IMG/VR virus record: IMGVR_UViG_2713896798_000014 | Length of the DNA: 31,107 bases | From: a virus | Taxonomy: Duplodnaviria; Heunggongvirae; Uroviricota; Caudoviricetes | Direction: 5' to 3' (one strand) | Shown here: in pieces, positions 17,297-26,831 of the stretch | Position numbering within the stretch: position 1 is the stretch's first letter | Layout of the letters: the number at the start of each line of letters is the position of its first letter | The notes under the pieces: model-generated | The model's input: the letters and a program-made list of their open reading frames with translations, nothing else | Database searches by the model: none | What the model was told of the DNA's origin: nothing | Program-made: the position numbers and the translations under genes

Positions 17297-17460
17297 CGGT
17301 AAAACTGCGCCTGGCTGTGGCTGCACTCCTGCTGTTTCTGGTGGTGATGGTGGATCTCACCAGCAGAATCATGTCGGTGCTGGCGGATGGGGTGCTGGTC
17401 TGCGGCATTGTGGTATTGCTGTGGCCGGTGATAAAAAGAAACAGCCTGCATAATGCTTGA
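17293..17460 (+). CDS. small predicted membrane protein (55 aa, two hydrophobic segments)
   Basis: GTG start overlapping the TerB-like stop (GTGA); hand translation VTVKLRLAVAALLLFLVVMVDL...VLVCGIVVLLWPVIKRN; below track cutoff. Confidence 0.4.
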   Translation: MTVKLRLAVAALLLFLVVMVDLTSRIMSVLADGVLVCGIVVLLWPVIKRNSLHNA

Positions 17461-17772
17461 TTTTTTTATTTGCTGTTTATTAAAAACACTTCTGCATGGT
17501 GAATCCCCCTGTGCGGAGGGGCGATCAGCAACCAGGTATATGGGATAATCGCGGATTCAGGTGCTGATACTGAATTCACCGGGAGGCACCCGGCACCATG
17601 CTTTGCCACAAAAGTGTTGTTTCTGTTTTTCTCAAACTATCATCATTATCCCTTTATTTCCGGCTGCGCATGGCGTGGCTTTTTTTACGACCAGCCACTG
17701 GCAGATGGCCATCCTGTAATTTGATTCCGGTTCCGGCTTTTTAACTCTGTTCCTGTACACGGGAGAAATTCG

Positions 17773-19623
17773 ATGTCGATTAAACATTATGATGTTGTCA
17801 GGGCGGCGTCGCCGTCAGACCTTGCGGAAAAGCTGACACATAAACTGAAAGAGGGCTGGCAGCCGTTTGGTAGTCCGGTGGCCATAACCCCTTATACCCT
17901 GATGCAGGCGATTGCAGCAGAAGGTGATGTGGTGGTCAGTGGTGCAACTGAGCCGGAGTGGTACTACGTCATCGTACTGGCCGGGCAGTCCAATGCCATG
18001 GCTTACGGTGAAGGGCTTCCGCTGCCGGATTCATACGATGCTCCGGATCCGCGCATTAAACAGCTGGCGCGCCGCAGTACAGTGACGCCGGGTGGGGCTG
18101 CCTGCAGATATAACGATATTATTCCGGCCGACCATTGCCTGCATGATGTGCAGGATATGAGTACGCTGAATCATCCGAAGGCAGACCTGAGCAAAGGGCA
18201 GTACGGCTGTGTCGGCCAGGGGTTACATATTGCCAAAAAACTGCTCCCGTATATCCCGAATAACGCGGGGATCCTGCTGGTACCATGCTGTCGTGGTGGT
18301 TCGGCATTCACCCAGGGCGCGGAGGGGACATTCAGTGCGGACACGGGGGCCAGCCAGGATTCGGCGCGCTGGGGTGTGGGTAAACCGTTATATCAGGACC
18401 TGATTGCGCGCACCAAAGCTGCATTACAGAAGAACCCGAAAAATGTGTTGCTGGCGGTGTGCTGGATGCAGGGAGAGTTTGACATGAGCGCCGCCACCCA
18501 CGCACAGCAACCTGCGCTGTTTACAGCCATGCTGAAGCAGTTTCGTGCTGACCTCACTGTGTTTAACGCGCAGTGTCATGGTGGCAGTGCTGCAGATGTG
18601 CCGTGGATTTGTGGTGACACGACGTATTACTGGAAAAATACATACGCTACCCAGTACGACACCGTGTACGGCGGGTATAAAAACAGGGAGAGTGAGGGCG
18701 TTTATTTTGTGCCCTTCATGACAGACGGTAACGGCGTTAATACCGCCACTAACGCGCCGGCAGAAGATCCGGATATTCCGGCATCAGGATATTACGGTGC
18801 GGCATCGAGAACGAATGGAAACCAGGTATCATCAAACCGCCCGACACATTTCAGTTCATGGGCGCGCAGGAGCATTATTCCGGATCGTCTGGCAACCGCT
18901 ATTCTGAACGCAGCCGGGCGCACCTCAGCCTTCATCAGTGGTAAGGCACCGGAAATCAAACCCTCGCCCGGCGGCAACACGCCATCGGGTCCGTCTGCAG
19001 ATACGTCCGTTCGCACAATCTCCCTGCTGCCGGCAGCCGGAGAGGCTGCTGCGCAGGGCTGGAGCATTAAGGATGGCGGAATTCAGTTGTCAGATGGTGT
19101 ATTTAAGATCACCAAGCAGAGCAATAAAACCTGGTCCCTGACGCATCCGGTGGATGACGCAATTACCCTGCTGACACAGGGTGGCAGACTGAACTGTAAG
19201 TTCCGCCTGTCAGGCGCACTGACCAACAATCAGTTCGGGCTGGGGATTTATCTGTATACGGATGCTCCCGTTCCTGATGGTGTGGCGATGACGGGTACCG
19301 GTAATCCGTTCCTGATGTCGTACTTCACTCAGACCACTGACGGCAGAGTGAATCTGATGCATCACAGGAAAGCCGGAAACACGAAGCTGGGGGAGTTCGG
19401 CGATTACGGTAACGACTGGCAGACGCTGGAGCTGGTGTTCACCGCCGGCAGTGCCACGGTTACTCCGAAACTGAATGGAGTGGCTGGCCCGGCATTCCAG
19501 GTTATAAAAGACAGTCTGAAAGTGGGGCTGAATGCGCTGACGTTAACTGACATCACAAAAGGTGCCACGTACGGCGTTGAGATAGAAAGTCTGGTGCTGG
19601 AGATAAATACACTGGCAGCATAA
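17773..19623 (+). CDS. nanS: NanS-p-like sialate O-acetylesterase (DUF1737 N-terminus + SGNH/SASA-like domain)
   Basis: N-terminus MSIKHYDVVRAASPSDLAEKLTHKLKEGWQPFGSPV and esterase block VIVLAGQSNAMAYGE; GGGAGA 6 nt upstream; occupies the position of Stx-phage yjhS/nanS-p. Confidence 0.75.
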   Translation: MSIKHYDVVRAASPSDLAEKLTHKLKEGWQPFGSPVAITPYTLMQAIAAEGDVVVSGATEPEWYYVIVLAGQSNAMAYGEGLPLPDSYDAPDPRIKQLARRSTVTPGGAACRYNDIIPADHCLHDVQDMSTLNHPKADLSKGQYGCVGQGLHIAKKLLPYIPNNAGILLVPCCRGGSAFTQGAEGTFSADTGASQDSARWGVGKPLYQDLIARTKAALQKNPKNVLLAVCWMQGEFDMSAATHAQQPALFTAMLKQFRADLTVFNAQCHGGSAADVPWICGDTTYYWKNTYATQYDTVYGGYKNRESEGVYFVPFMTDGNGVNTATNAPAEDPDIPASGYYGAASRTNGNQVSSNRPTHFSSWARRSIIPDRLATAILNAAGRTSAFISGKAPEIKPSPGGNTPSGPSADTSVRTISLLPAAGEAAAQGWSIKDGGIQLSDGVFKITKQSNKTWSLTHPVDDAITLLTQGGRLNCKFRLSGALTNNQFGLGIYLYTDAPVPDGVAMTGTGNPFLMSYFTQTTDGRVNLMHHRKAGNTKLGEFGDYGNDWQTLELVFTAGSATVTPKLNGVAGPAFQVIKDSLKVGLNALTLTDITKGATYGVEIESLVLEINTLAA

Positions 19624-19632
19624 TAAAAAAAC

Positions 19633-19667
19633 AGCCAGTACTGACTTTCGTCGGAGAAGTACTGGCT
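19633..19667 (-). terminator. hairpin oriented as a minus-strand terminator
   Basis: Perfect 10-bp stem AGCCAGTACT/AGTACTGGCT; T-run follows only on the minus strand. Confidence 0.4.
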
Positions 19668-19841
19668 AAGAAGGATAGTTGTGTTTCACATCATTTTCAG
19701 ACTGGACGGTACATTTTCTGACAGATAGTGACGGATGTTGTCAAGATATTGTGTCATTTATAACCTGAATCAGGGGAGGCCGGAATGTTATCTGGCATTT
19801 TTAGCAGAGCCTGAATGCCATAATCACGGCTCCCGGCGTTG

Positions 19842-19872
19842 GCCGCCAGTGGGTGACACTGGCGGCTTTTTT
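19842..19872 (+). terminator. strong rho-independent terminator immediately upstream of the holin gene (tR'-like)
   Basis: Perfect 10-bp stem GCCGCCAGTG/CACTGGCGGC, 5-nt loop, then TTTTTTGTTTTT. Confidence 0.75.
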
Positions 19873-19922
19873 GTTTTTCTTTACTTTCATTTTCTGTCGG
19901 CGGTGACGGAGACATACATCAG

Positions 19923-20129
19923 ATGGAAAAAATCACAACAGGTGTGTCATACACCACGTCAGCGGTGGGGACGGGATACTGGTTACTGCAGCTGCTGGAC
20001 AAAGTCTCTCCGTCCCAGTGGGTGGCGATAGGTGTGCTGGGGAGTCTGCTGTTTGGCCTGTTGACGTATCTTACTAACCTGTATTTCAAAATCAGAGAGG
20101 ACCGTCGTAAGGCGGCGCGGGGAGAGTAA
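19923..20129 (+). CDS. S: class II holin (phage 21 S-type pinholin)
   Basis: 68 aa; ...[47 protein letters not shown] closely resembles S21 as recalled. Confidence 0.8.
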   Translation: MEKITTGVSYTTSAVGTGYWLLQLLDKVSPSQWVAIGVLGSLLFGLLTYLTNLYFKIREDRRKAARGE

Positions 20130-20133
20130 AGCG

Positions 20134-20478
20134 ATGAAGAAAAAATACGAACTGGTTGTTAAAGGGATAAATAATTACCCGGATAAGATTACTGTTAGTG
20201 TGGCACTGGAAATTGGTGGGTATCCGTCACTGTTGTTGCCAGATGTGGCGATTAGTCTTGACCGTACTGAAGGAGCCACGCTGGAGTTTTACGAAGCTGA
20301 GGCGAAAAAGCAGGCGAAGCAGTTTTTCATGGATGTTGCTGCCGGGTTATGTGAAGGGGATGGTCCGTTGCCGGAAAAGCGGCCCATCATTTTAGAGGCG
20401 CAGGATGTGTTGATAACCTACAGAGGAAAACTACCGGGAATAATTACTGGTTCTCTGAAGACTCCACCGCTGGCCTGA
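20134..20478 (+). CDS. hypothetical protein inserted between holin and endolysin
   Basis: 114 aa; ribosome-binding site GGGGAGAG inside the holin 3' end; no family recognised. Confidence 0.6.
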   Translation: MKKKYELVVKGINNYPDKITVSVALEIGGYPSLLLPDVAISLDRTEGATLEFYEAEAKKQAKQFFMDVAAGLCEGDGPLPEKRPIILEAQDVLITYRGKLPGIITGSLKTPPLA

Positions 20479-20528
20479 AGACTTAACATATCCAGGGATT
20501 TGAAATCGATAAATCCTGATAAATATCC

Positions 20529-21062
20529 ATGAACGCAAAAATCAGATACGGCCTGTCGGCTGCCGTTCTGGCGCTGATTGGTGCAGGGGCGTCTGCGCCT
20601 GAAATCCTCGACCAGTTTCTGGATGAAAAGGAAGGTAACCACACCACGGCATACCGTGATGGTGCGGGTATCTGGACCATCTGCCGAGGTGCCATCCTGG
20701 TGGATGGTAAACCTGTCGTTCCGGGCATGAAGTTGTCGAAGGAAAAATGCGACCGGGTTAACGCCATTGAGCGTGATAAGGCGCTGGCATGGGTGGAGAA
20801 AAACATCAAAGTGCCGCTGACCGAACCCCAGAAAGCGGGGATCGCGTCATTCTGTCCGTACAACATTGGTCCCGGTAAGTGTTTCCCGTCGACGTTTTAC
20901 AGACGAATTAATGCAGGTGATCGAAAAGGTGCCTGCGAAGCGATTCGCTGGTGGATTAAGGACGGTGGCAGAGACTGCCGTATTCGTTCAAACAACTGTT
21001 ACGGTCAGGTATCCCGTCGTGACCAGGAGAGCGCGCTGGCGTGCTGGGGAATCGACAGATAA
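20529..21062 (+). CDS. R: SAR-type endolysin (lysozyme)
   Basis: N-terminal signal-anchor-release-like hydrophobic segment GLSAAVLALIGAGASA followed by lysozyme-like core (EGNHTTAYRDGAGIWTICRG). Confidence 0.8.
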   Translation: MNAKIRYGLSAAVLALIGAGASAPEILDQFLDEKEGNHTTAYRDGAGIWTICRGAILVDGKPVVPGMKLSKEKCDRVNAIERDKALAWVEKNIKVPLTEPQKAGIASFCPYNIGPGKCFPSTFYRRINAGDRKGACEAIRWWIKDGGRDCRIRSNNCYGQVSRRDQESALACWGIDR

Positions 21063-21332
21063 GAAGAATATTTTGCTGAAAAATGAGGTTTGCTTACATG
21101 GACGGATAACACGAAATCCTGCAAATTTGCAAAATGTAAGTGAATAAAGTCAAAACAGTTGTTTAACACTCAGGCACCGTAATGATGCCTTTGTCATTTC
21201 TGCGCATCTCACGCGCATCTCACAACACAGAACCTTTCAGGATGACCCTTGAGGATACCGGTTTGGCTGTCGGTGCCTTTCTGTGGACTGGATTCCTGTG
21301 AGACAAGGTTCATCACTAAAAGGAAATAACCG

Positions 21333-21902
21333 ATGAATATGATGGCCGTGCCGTTTCACGGCAACTCTCTTTATGTAGTTAACCATAATGGCGAACCATA
21401 CGTTCCCATGAAACCTGTCGTTGCGGGGATGGGGCTGGCCTGGCAATCACAGTTGGCTAAGTTAAGACAGCGTTTTGCGTCAACTATAACGGAAATCGTT
21501 ATGGTTGCTGAGGATGGGAAACAACGCAATATGGTGTCCATGCCACTTCGAAAACTTGCCGGCTGGCTACAAACCATTAATCCCAACAAAGTAAAACCCG
21601 AAATCCGCGATAAGGTCATCCGGTATCAGGAAGAGTGCGACGATGTTCTTTACGAGTACTGGACGAAGGGTTTTGTCGTTAATCCCCGTAAAATGAGCGT
21701 GATGGAAGAACTCAACCAGGCTTGTGCTGACATGAAACGGGATAAAAATATTGCCAGTGTGTTTGCTACCGGGCTGAATGAGTGGAAACAGGTTAAAGCC
21801 GCGCATGTATCAAAAATCCGTACGCTGGTAAATGAAGCGAATATGCTGATTGATTTTGTCCTGGCTGATACAGGCAAAGGGAAAATAACAAAGGCGGATT
21901 GA
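21333..21902 (+). CDS. antirepressor-like phage protein (family tentative)
   Basis: N-terminus VPFHGNSLYVVNHNGEPYVPMKPVVAGMGLAW resembles antirepressor N-terminal domains; located between endolysin and Rz as in some Stx phages. Confidence 0.45.
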   Translation: MNMMAVPFHGNSLYVVNHNGEPYVPMKPVVAGMGLAWQSQLAKLRQRFASTITEIVMVAEDGKQRNMVSMPLRKLAGWLQTINPNKVKPEIRDKVIRYQEECDDVLYEYWTKGFVVNPRKMSVMEELNQACADMKRDKNIASVFATGLNEWKQVKAAHVSKIRTLVNEANMLIDFVLADTGKGKITKAD

Positions 21903-22048
21903 TGGGGTGGCTAATGATATCAGATAAACTCATAACGCTGGTGAAGAGCCTCTGTGTACTTGTCGGCATTTCATTTTTAGTCATGCTGGTTGCCATTTTC
22001 TTTTCCACCGCCTGGCGAGTCCTGACGTTATCGGGACTGGTGGGGTGA
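21902..22048 (+). CDS. possible small membrane protein (48 aa)
   Basis: ATG overlaps upstream stop; hydrophobic core [18 protein letters not shown]; below track cutoff. Confidence 0.3.
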   Translation: MGWLMISDKLITLVKSLCVLVGISFLVMLVAIFFSTAWRVLTLSGLVG

Positions 22049-22055
22049 AAGAGAG

Positions 22056-22523
22056 ATGAACCGTGTTCTGTGTGTGGTGATTATTGTCCTGGCGGTTGGC
22101 TGTGGTGCGCTGTGGCTGGCAACAAACCATTACCGTGACAACGCGCTCACCTACAAAGCGCAGCGCGATAAAAAAGCCAGAGAGCTGGAACAGGCGAATG
22201 CAACCATTACTGATATGCAGCAGCGCCAGCGTGATGTTGCTGCACTTGATGCCAGATACTCGAGGGAATTAGCCGATGCGAGAGCTGAAAATGAAACTCT
22301 GCGCGCTGATGTTGCCGCTGGTCGTAAGCGCCTGCGCATCAACGCCAACTGTCCCGGTACCGTGCGTGAAGCCACCGGCACCGCCCGCGTGGATAATGCA
22401 ACCGGCCCCCAACTGGCAGACACCGTTACACGGGATTATTTCACCCTCAGAGAGCGGCTGATGACGATGCAGAAGCAACTGGAAGGGGCACAGGACTATA
22501 TCCGCACTCAGTGCCTGAACTAA
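22056..22523 (+). CDS. Rz: Rz i-spanin
   Basis: N-terminal transmembrane segment then coiled-coil-like Ala/Arg/Glu-rich periplasmic domain; Rz1 embedded in +1 frame. Confidence 0.8.
   Translation: MNRVLCVVIIVLAVGCGALWLATNHYRDNALTYKAQRDKKARELEQANATITDMQQRQRDVAALDARYSRELADARAENETLRADVAAGRKRLRINANCPGTVREATGTARVDNATGPQLADTVTRDYFTLRERLMTMQKQLEGAQDYIRTQCLN
22276..22461 (+). CDS. Rz1: Rz1 o-spanin lipoprotein (embedded in Rz)
   Basis: Lipobox LVVSAC after a short signal peptide, proline-rich mature region; fully nested within Rz. Confidence 0.75.
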   Translation: MRELKMKLCALMLPLVVSACASTPTVPVPCVKPPAPPAWIMQPAPNWQTPLHGIISPSESG

Positions 22524-22715
22524 GTTTTGCTGATGCGCCGTATCGTCGCTGTATTCCCTCATTAACAGAGACCGCAGCCCGACAGGGAGACTCCTCTGCG
22601 CGAGTGTGCGGGGATAATCAAAAACGATACACACCGGGGTTTACCGCGTTAACGGAGCGCGGCGTTGTCCCCTCATAGTCGCCTGTCCGGTACGATGGTG
22701 GAAGAAACCGAACGT

Positions 22716-22916
22716 TCATTTCTCGTTATTTGTCATGCTGGCCGTACGCAGATGCGTTGCATCTGTTGCCAGCCTTCTCCTGCAGGCTTCAATAACCCAC
22801 GCTGAAAAGTTACTGGACCCTTTATGCTCAAGGGCGATGTTGATCTGTTCAATCATGTGATTGGGGAAACGGATATTGCGGGTTGTGGTTCTGCGGGTCC
22901 GGTTTTTCGATGACAT
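22716..22916 (-). CDS. small ribbon-helix-helix-like protein (DUF3950/YlcI-like)
   Basis: Start at ATG 22916 (AGGAA + 6 nt); MSSKNRTRRTTTRNIRFPNHMIEQINIALEHKGSSNFSAWVIEACRRRL. Confidence 0.5.
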   Translation of the reverse strand: MSSKNRTRRTTTRNIRFPNHMIEQINIALEHKGSSNFSAWVIEACRRRLATDATHLRTASMTNNEK

Positions 22917-22957
22917 ATTTATTTCCTTTACTGATTGCCATATGACGGGGATTTTAC

Positions 22958-23323
22958 ATGGCTGAGCTTCGTACACTCCAGAGCAGAATCAAAACTCTGA
23001 ACACCCGACGGGTGAATATTCTGAAGGGGGAACAGCGTCGTGTCAGTGGCAGTGCACGTGTTTCCCTCAAGCGTCATATCTGGCTGAGGGATGCCGGACA
23101 GTGCTGTCTCTGTGGTCGTGTGGTTGACCTCTGTGACAGTGAACTCGATCACCGAATTGCACTTCAGTTCGGTGGTGGTAATGAGGAGACGAATCTCTGG
23201 ACGCTCTGTACCGAATGCCATCGACAAAAGTCTGCTCGTGAAGCGGCGGGTGGTATGCCGGACCCGACGCTGCCGGAGGTGTCCGGAGGTCATGGCAGGG
23301 CAGACGATATCATCGGACTGTGA
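22958..23323 (+). CDS. HNH endonuclease
   Basis: C..C...H...C.C.H pattern (CCLCGRVVDLCDSELDHRIALQFGGGNEETNLWTLCTECHRQK). Confidence 0.8.
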   Translation: MAELRTLQSRIKTLNTRRVNILKGEQRRVSGSARVSLKRHIWLRDAGQCCLCGRVVDLCDSELDHRIALQFGGGNEETNLWTLCTECHRQKSAREAAGGMPDPTLPEVSGGHGRADDIIGL

Positions 23324-23331
23324 CCCGCCCC

Positions 23332-23383
23332 GGGGGGGGGATCATCCGGCGAAAAAAACGATCGCTCCGGACACCGCCCCCCC
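23332..23383. repeat. homopolymer tracts: G9 (23332-23340), A7 (23352-23358), C7 (23377-23383)
   Basis: Counted directly in the sequence, immediately after the HNH stop. Confidence 0.9.
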
Positions 23384-23569
23384 TCTCACGCAGAGAAAAA
23401 ATTCCCGTTTCAGGGCAGTTAACATGTTAACTGGCTGTCCGGGCATTTTTGCGGTTTTTATCTTTATTATTCAGTTTGTTGCGTGGGTAACCGGCTCATT
23501 TAAACCGTCTGGTCTGTTTCCTCCGGCTCTACAAAAATAATGTCCATCATTTTTAATGGACACTATCGT

Positions 23570-24217
23570 ATGAAACACCGGACCTGGATCACTGAAGCTT
23601 TACGTCTTCACTTTGAAGAACATTTACCCCGGGTTGTGGCCGGGCGTCGCCTGAGTGTACCAAAATCAACAGTTTGTAGTATGTTCGTGCGCTTTCGGAG
23701 AGCTGGCCTTTCGTGGCCTTTGCCCGCAGGCATGTCGGAGCAGGAACTTGATGCCTGCCTTTACGGACAATTTTCCACGGTACCAGTCGTACGTCCTGAA
23801 AGCACCGTTATATCCGAAGCCCCCGTGGTAAAAAAACGTCCCCGGCGGCCCAACTTCCCTTATGAGTTTAAAATCGCCTTAGTGGAGCAGTCACTACAGC
23901 CCGGAGCCTGTGTGGCGCAGATCGCCCGGGAAAACGGAATCAACGATAACCTGCTCTTCAACTGGCGCCATCAATACCGGAAAGGTGGCCTGCTGCCTTC
24001 CGGAAAAAATATGCCGGCACTGCTTCCCGTGACGTTAACGCCGGAGCCGGATAATAAAATCCCGGCCCCCGCACAGGAACCAGAGCAGATAAATACACCG
24101 TCCGACAGTCTGTGTTGTGAGCTGGTTCTGCCGGCCGGAACTCTCAGGCTTAAAGGTAAACTGACGCCGGCGTTATTACAGACACTTATCCGCGAAATAA
24201 AAGGGAGCAGCCACTGA
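23570..24217 (+). CDS. IS66-family accessory protein (orf1/TnpA-like, HTH)
   Basis: HTH segment ...CVAQIARENGINDNLLFNWRHQYRKG; start uncertain (23540 or 23570). Confidence 0.6.
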   Translation: MKHRTWITEALRLHFEEHLPRVVAGRRLSVPKSTVCSMFVRFRRAGLSWPLPAGMSEQELDACLYGQFSTVPVVRPESTVISEAPVVKKRPRRPNFPYEFKIALVEQSLQPGACVAQIARENGINDNLLFNWRHQYRKGGLLPSGKNMPALLPVTLTPEPDNKIPAPAQEPEQINTPSDSLCCELVLPAGTLRLKGKLTPALLQTLIREIKGSSH

Positions 24218-24564
24218 TGATATCTCTCCCTGCAGGTTCGCGTATCTGGCTGGTTGCAGGTATCACCGATATGCGAAATGGCTTTAACGGCCTGGCATCA
24301 AAAGTTCAGAACGTCCTGAAGGATGACCCGTTCTCCGGACACCTGTTCATCTTCCGCGGACGCCGGGGTGACCAGATAAAAGTGTTGTGGGCTGACAGTG
24401 ACGGACTGTGCCTCTTCACCAAACGCCTGGAGCGGGGCCGCTTCGTCTGGCCAGTCACCCGTGACGGCAAGGTGCACCTTACTCCGGCTCAGTTATCCAT
24501 GCTTCTTGAAGGTATCAACTGGAAGCACCCGAAACGAACGGAACGCGCTGGAATCCGCATATAA
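24217..24564 (+). CDS. IS66 Orf2 (TnpB-like) protein
   Basis: 115 aa; MISLPAGSRIWLVAGITDMRNGFNGLA...HLFIFRGRRGDQIKVLWAD typical of IS66 Orf2; ATGA coupling. Confidence 0.8.
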   Translation: MISLPAGSRIWLVAGITDMRNGFNGLASKVQNVLKDDPFSGHLFIFRGRRGDQIKVLWADSDGLCLFTKRLERGRFVWPVTRDGKVHLTPAQLSMLLEGINWKHPKRTERAGIRI

Positions 24565-24583
24565 CCCGTTGTAAAGTGAGGAT

Positions 24584-26155
24584 ATGGACACCTCACTTGC
24601 TCATGAGAACGCCCGCCTGCGGGCACTGTTGCAGACGCAACAGGACACCATCCGCCAGATGGCTGAATACAACCGCCTGCTCTCACAGCGGGTGGCGGCT
24701 TATGCTTCCGAAATCAACCGGCTGAAGGCGCTGGTTGCGAAACTGCAACGTATGCAGTTCGGTAAAAGCTCAGAAAAACTTCGTGCAAAAACCGAACGGC
24801 AGATACAGGAAGCACAGGAGCGAATCAGCGCACTTCAGGAAGAAATGGCGGAAACGCTGGGTGAGCAATATGACCCGGTACTGCCATCCGCCCTGCGCCA
24901 GTCTTCAGCCCGTAAACCGTTACCGGCCTCACTTCCCCGTGAAACCCGGGTTATCCGGCCGGAAGAGGAATGCTGTCCTGCCTGTGGTGGTGAACTCAGT
25001 TCTCTGGGATGTGATGTGTCAGAGCAACTGGAGCTTATCAGCAGCGCCTTTAAGGTTATCGAAACACAACGTCCGAAACAGGCCTGTTGCCGGTGCGACC
25101 ATATCGTGCAGGCACCAGTACCTTCAAAACCCATTGCACGCAGTTATGCCGGAGCGGGGCTTCTGGCCCATGTTGTCACCGGGAAATATGCAGACCATCT
25201 GCCGTTATACCGCCAGTCAGAAATATACCGTCGTCAGGGAGTGGAGCTGAGCCGTGCCACACTGGGGCGCTGGACAGGTGCTGTTGCTGAACTGCTGGAG
25301 CCGCTGTATGACGTCCTGCGCCAGTATGTGCTGATGCCCGGTAAAGTCCATGCTGATGATATCCCCGTCCCGGTCCAGGAGCCGGGCAGCGGTAAAACCC
25401 GGACAGCCCGGCTGTGGGTCTACGTCCGTGATGACCGTAACGCCGGTTCACAGATGCCCCCGGCGGTCTGGTTCGCGTACAGTCCGGACCGGAAAGGTAT
25501 CCATCCACAAAATCACCTGGCCGGTTACAGCGGTGTGCTTCAGGCCGATGCTTACGGTGGTTACCGGGCGTTATACGAATCCGGCAGAATAACGGAAGCC
25601 GCGTGTATGGCTCATGCCCGGAGAAAAATCCACGATGTGCATGCAAGAGCGCCCACCTACATCACCACGGAAGCCCTGCAGCGTATCGGTGAACTGTATG
25701 CCATCGAGGCAGAGGTCCGGGGCTGTTCAGCAGAACAGCGTCTGGCGGCAAGAAAAGCCAGAGCCGCGCCACTGATGCAGTCACTGTATGACTGGATACA
25801 GCAACAGATGAAAACACTGTCGCGTCACTCAGATACGGCAAAAGCGTTCGCATACCTGCTGAAACAGTGGGATGCACTGAACGTGTACTGCAGTAATGGC
25901 TGGGTGGAAATCGACAACAACATCGCAGAGAACGCCTTACGGGGAGTGGCCGTAGGCCGGAAAAACTGGATGTTCGCGGGTTCCGACAGCGGTGGTGAAC
26001 ATGCGGCGGTGTTGTACTCGCTGATCGGCACATGCCGTCTGAACAATGTGGAGCCAGAAAAGTGGCTGCGTTACGTCATTGAACATATCCAGGACTGGCC
26101 GGCAAACCGGGTACGCGATCTGTTGCCCTGGAAAGTTGATCTGAGCTCTCAGTAA
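24584..26155 (+). CDS. IS66-family transposase (TnpC)
   Basis: 523 aa; N-terminal leucine-zipper-like region, CxxC...CxxC zinc motif, conserved core typical of IS66 transposases. Confidence 0.85.
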   Translation: MDTSLAHENARLRALLQTQQDTIRQMAEYNRLLSQRVAAYASEINRLKALVAKLQRMQFGKSSEKLRAKTERQIQEAQERISALQEEMAETLGEQYDPVLPSALRQSSARKPLPASLPRETRVIRPEEECCPACGGELSSLGCDVSEQLELISSAFKVIETQRPKQACCRCDHIVQAPVPSKPIARSYAGAGLLAHVVTGKYADHLPLYRQSEIYRRQGVELSRATLGRWTGAVAELLEPLYDVLRQYVLMPGKVHADDIPVPVQEPGSGKTRTARLWVYVRDDRNAGSQMPPAVWFAYSPDRKGIHPQNHLAGYSGVLQADAYGGYRALYESGRITEAACMAHARRKIHDVHARAPTYITTEALQRIGELYAIEAEVRGCSAEQRLAARKARAAPLMQSLYDWIQQQMKTLSRHSDTAKAFAYLLKQWDALNVYCSNGWVEIDNNIAENALRGVAVGRKNWMFAGSDSGGEHAAVLYSLIGTCRLNNVEPEKWLRYVIEHIQDWPANRVRDLLPWKVDLSSQ

Positions 26156-26192
26156 ATATCAATACGGTTCTGACGAGTCGCTTACTTTTGTT

Positions 26193-26831
26193 ATGCCATT
26201 TACATTTTATTTGTCGTCCGAGAATCAATTGTCAATACAAGATGTTGAAGTTTTGCAAAACGCAGCCAGAGCGAATGATACAGGGAATATTATAATAGGA
26301 GACAGGCAGCTTTCTGTTCGTTATCAGAGTGCTATGGACGCTTTTATTGTTAATCCTGTTCAGGGGGAGCTGTATTCAGGTCTTAATAATACTGCTTTGG
26401 ATGATGTTCTCAGTCTGGCTGACGTTATTGAGAGTCGGTTGAATGGAGGAAGCTCATTTCTTGATGTATTCGACAGATATATGATACAAACAATGCAAAC
26501 CATGATGAATGGTAATGAGGGCGATCTTGAATCGTTAGCGACTCGATTATCTTCAAGTGCTTTTTCGGTTTCTCCTGAGGATATATCCTGTATACCGGAG
26601 GCATTGCAGTGTCCGATTACATTGGCAATTCCAGAGCGTGGTGTTTTTCTTAGAAACTCCGAGGAATCCTCTGTGTGTAGTTTATATGATGAAAATGCTC
26701 TCTCTCGTATAATTAATGATGGGGGGCATCATCCATTAAGTAGGGAGCCAATAACAGCATCAATGATTGTAAAGTCTGAAGATTGTATTTTTGACGCCTC
26801 AAAGGGAAACTTCATTATAAAAGATAGTTAA
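26193..26831 (+). CDS. nleG: NleG-family type III effector (U-box E3 ligase-like)
   Basis: 212 aa, AT-rich; C-terminal U-box-like CPITLAIPERGVFLRN...HPLSREPIT; start only 8 nt from the IS66 right end. Confidence 0.7.
   Translation: MPFTFYLSSENQLSIQDVEVLQNAARANDTGNIIIGDRQLSVRYQSAMDAFIVNPVQGELYSGLNNTALDDVLSLADVIESRLNGGSSFLDVFDRYMIQTMQTMMNGNEGDLESLATRLSSSAFSVSPEDISCIPEALQCPITLAIPERGVFLRNSEESSVCSLYDENALSRIINDGGHHPLSREPITASMIVKSEDCIFDASKGNFIIKDS

Larger units (their letters stand above)
23487..26185 (+). mobile_element. IS66-family insertion sequence (~2.7 kb), boundaries approximate
   Basis: Three-ORF IS66 layout; right end reverse-complements to GTAAGCGACTCGTCAGAACCGT, left end GTAACCGGCTCATTTAAACCGT (about 18/28 match); no clean 8-bp target duplication. 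Confidence 0.7.

Noticed and set aside
17166-17453. 95-aa ORF overlapping the TerB-like gene end
   Set aside because: Trp/Arg/Cys-rich product in an alternative frame of a well-supported gene; the small membrane ORF in the other frame is more plausible.
16444-19623. Shiga toxin genes in the Q-tRNA-nanS-holin interval
   Set aside because: No ORF resembling StxA or StxB; the slot holds the TerB-like gene and small membrane ORF instead.
19735-20031. 98-aa ORF spanning the terminator and holin start
   Set aside because: Runs through a strong terminator hairpin and overlaps the holin gene in a different frame.
24735-26046. Several ORFs inside the IS66 transposase gene on both strands
   Set aside because: Alternative-frame or antisense ORFs within a well-supported 523-aa transposase gene; compositionally biased products.
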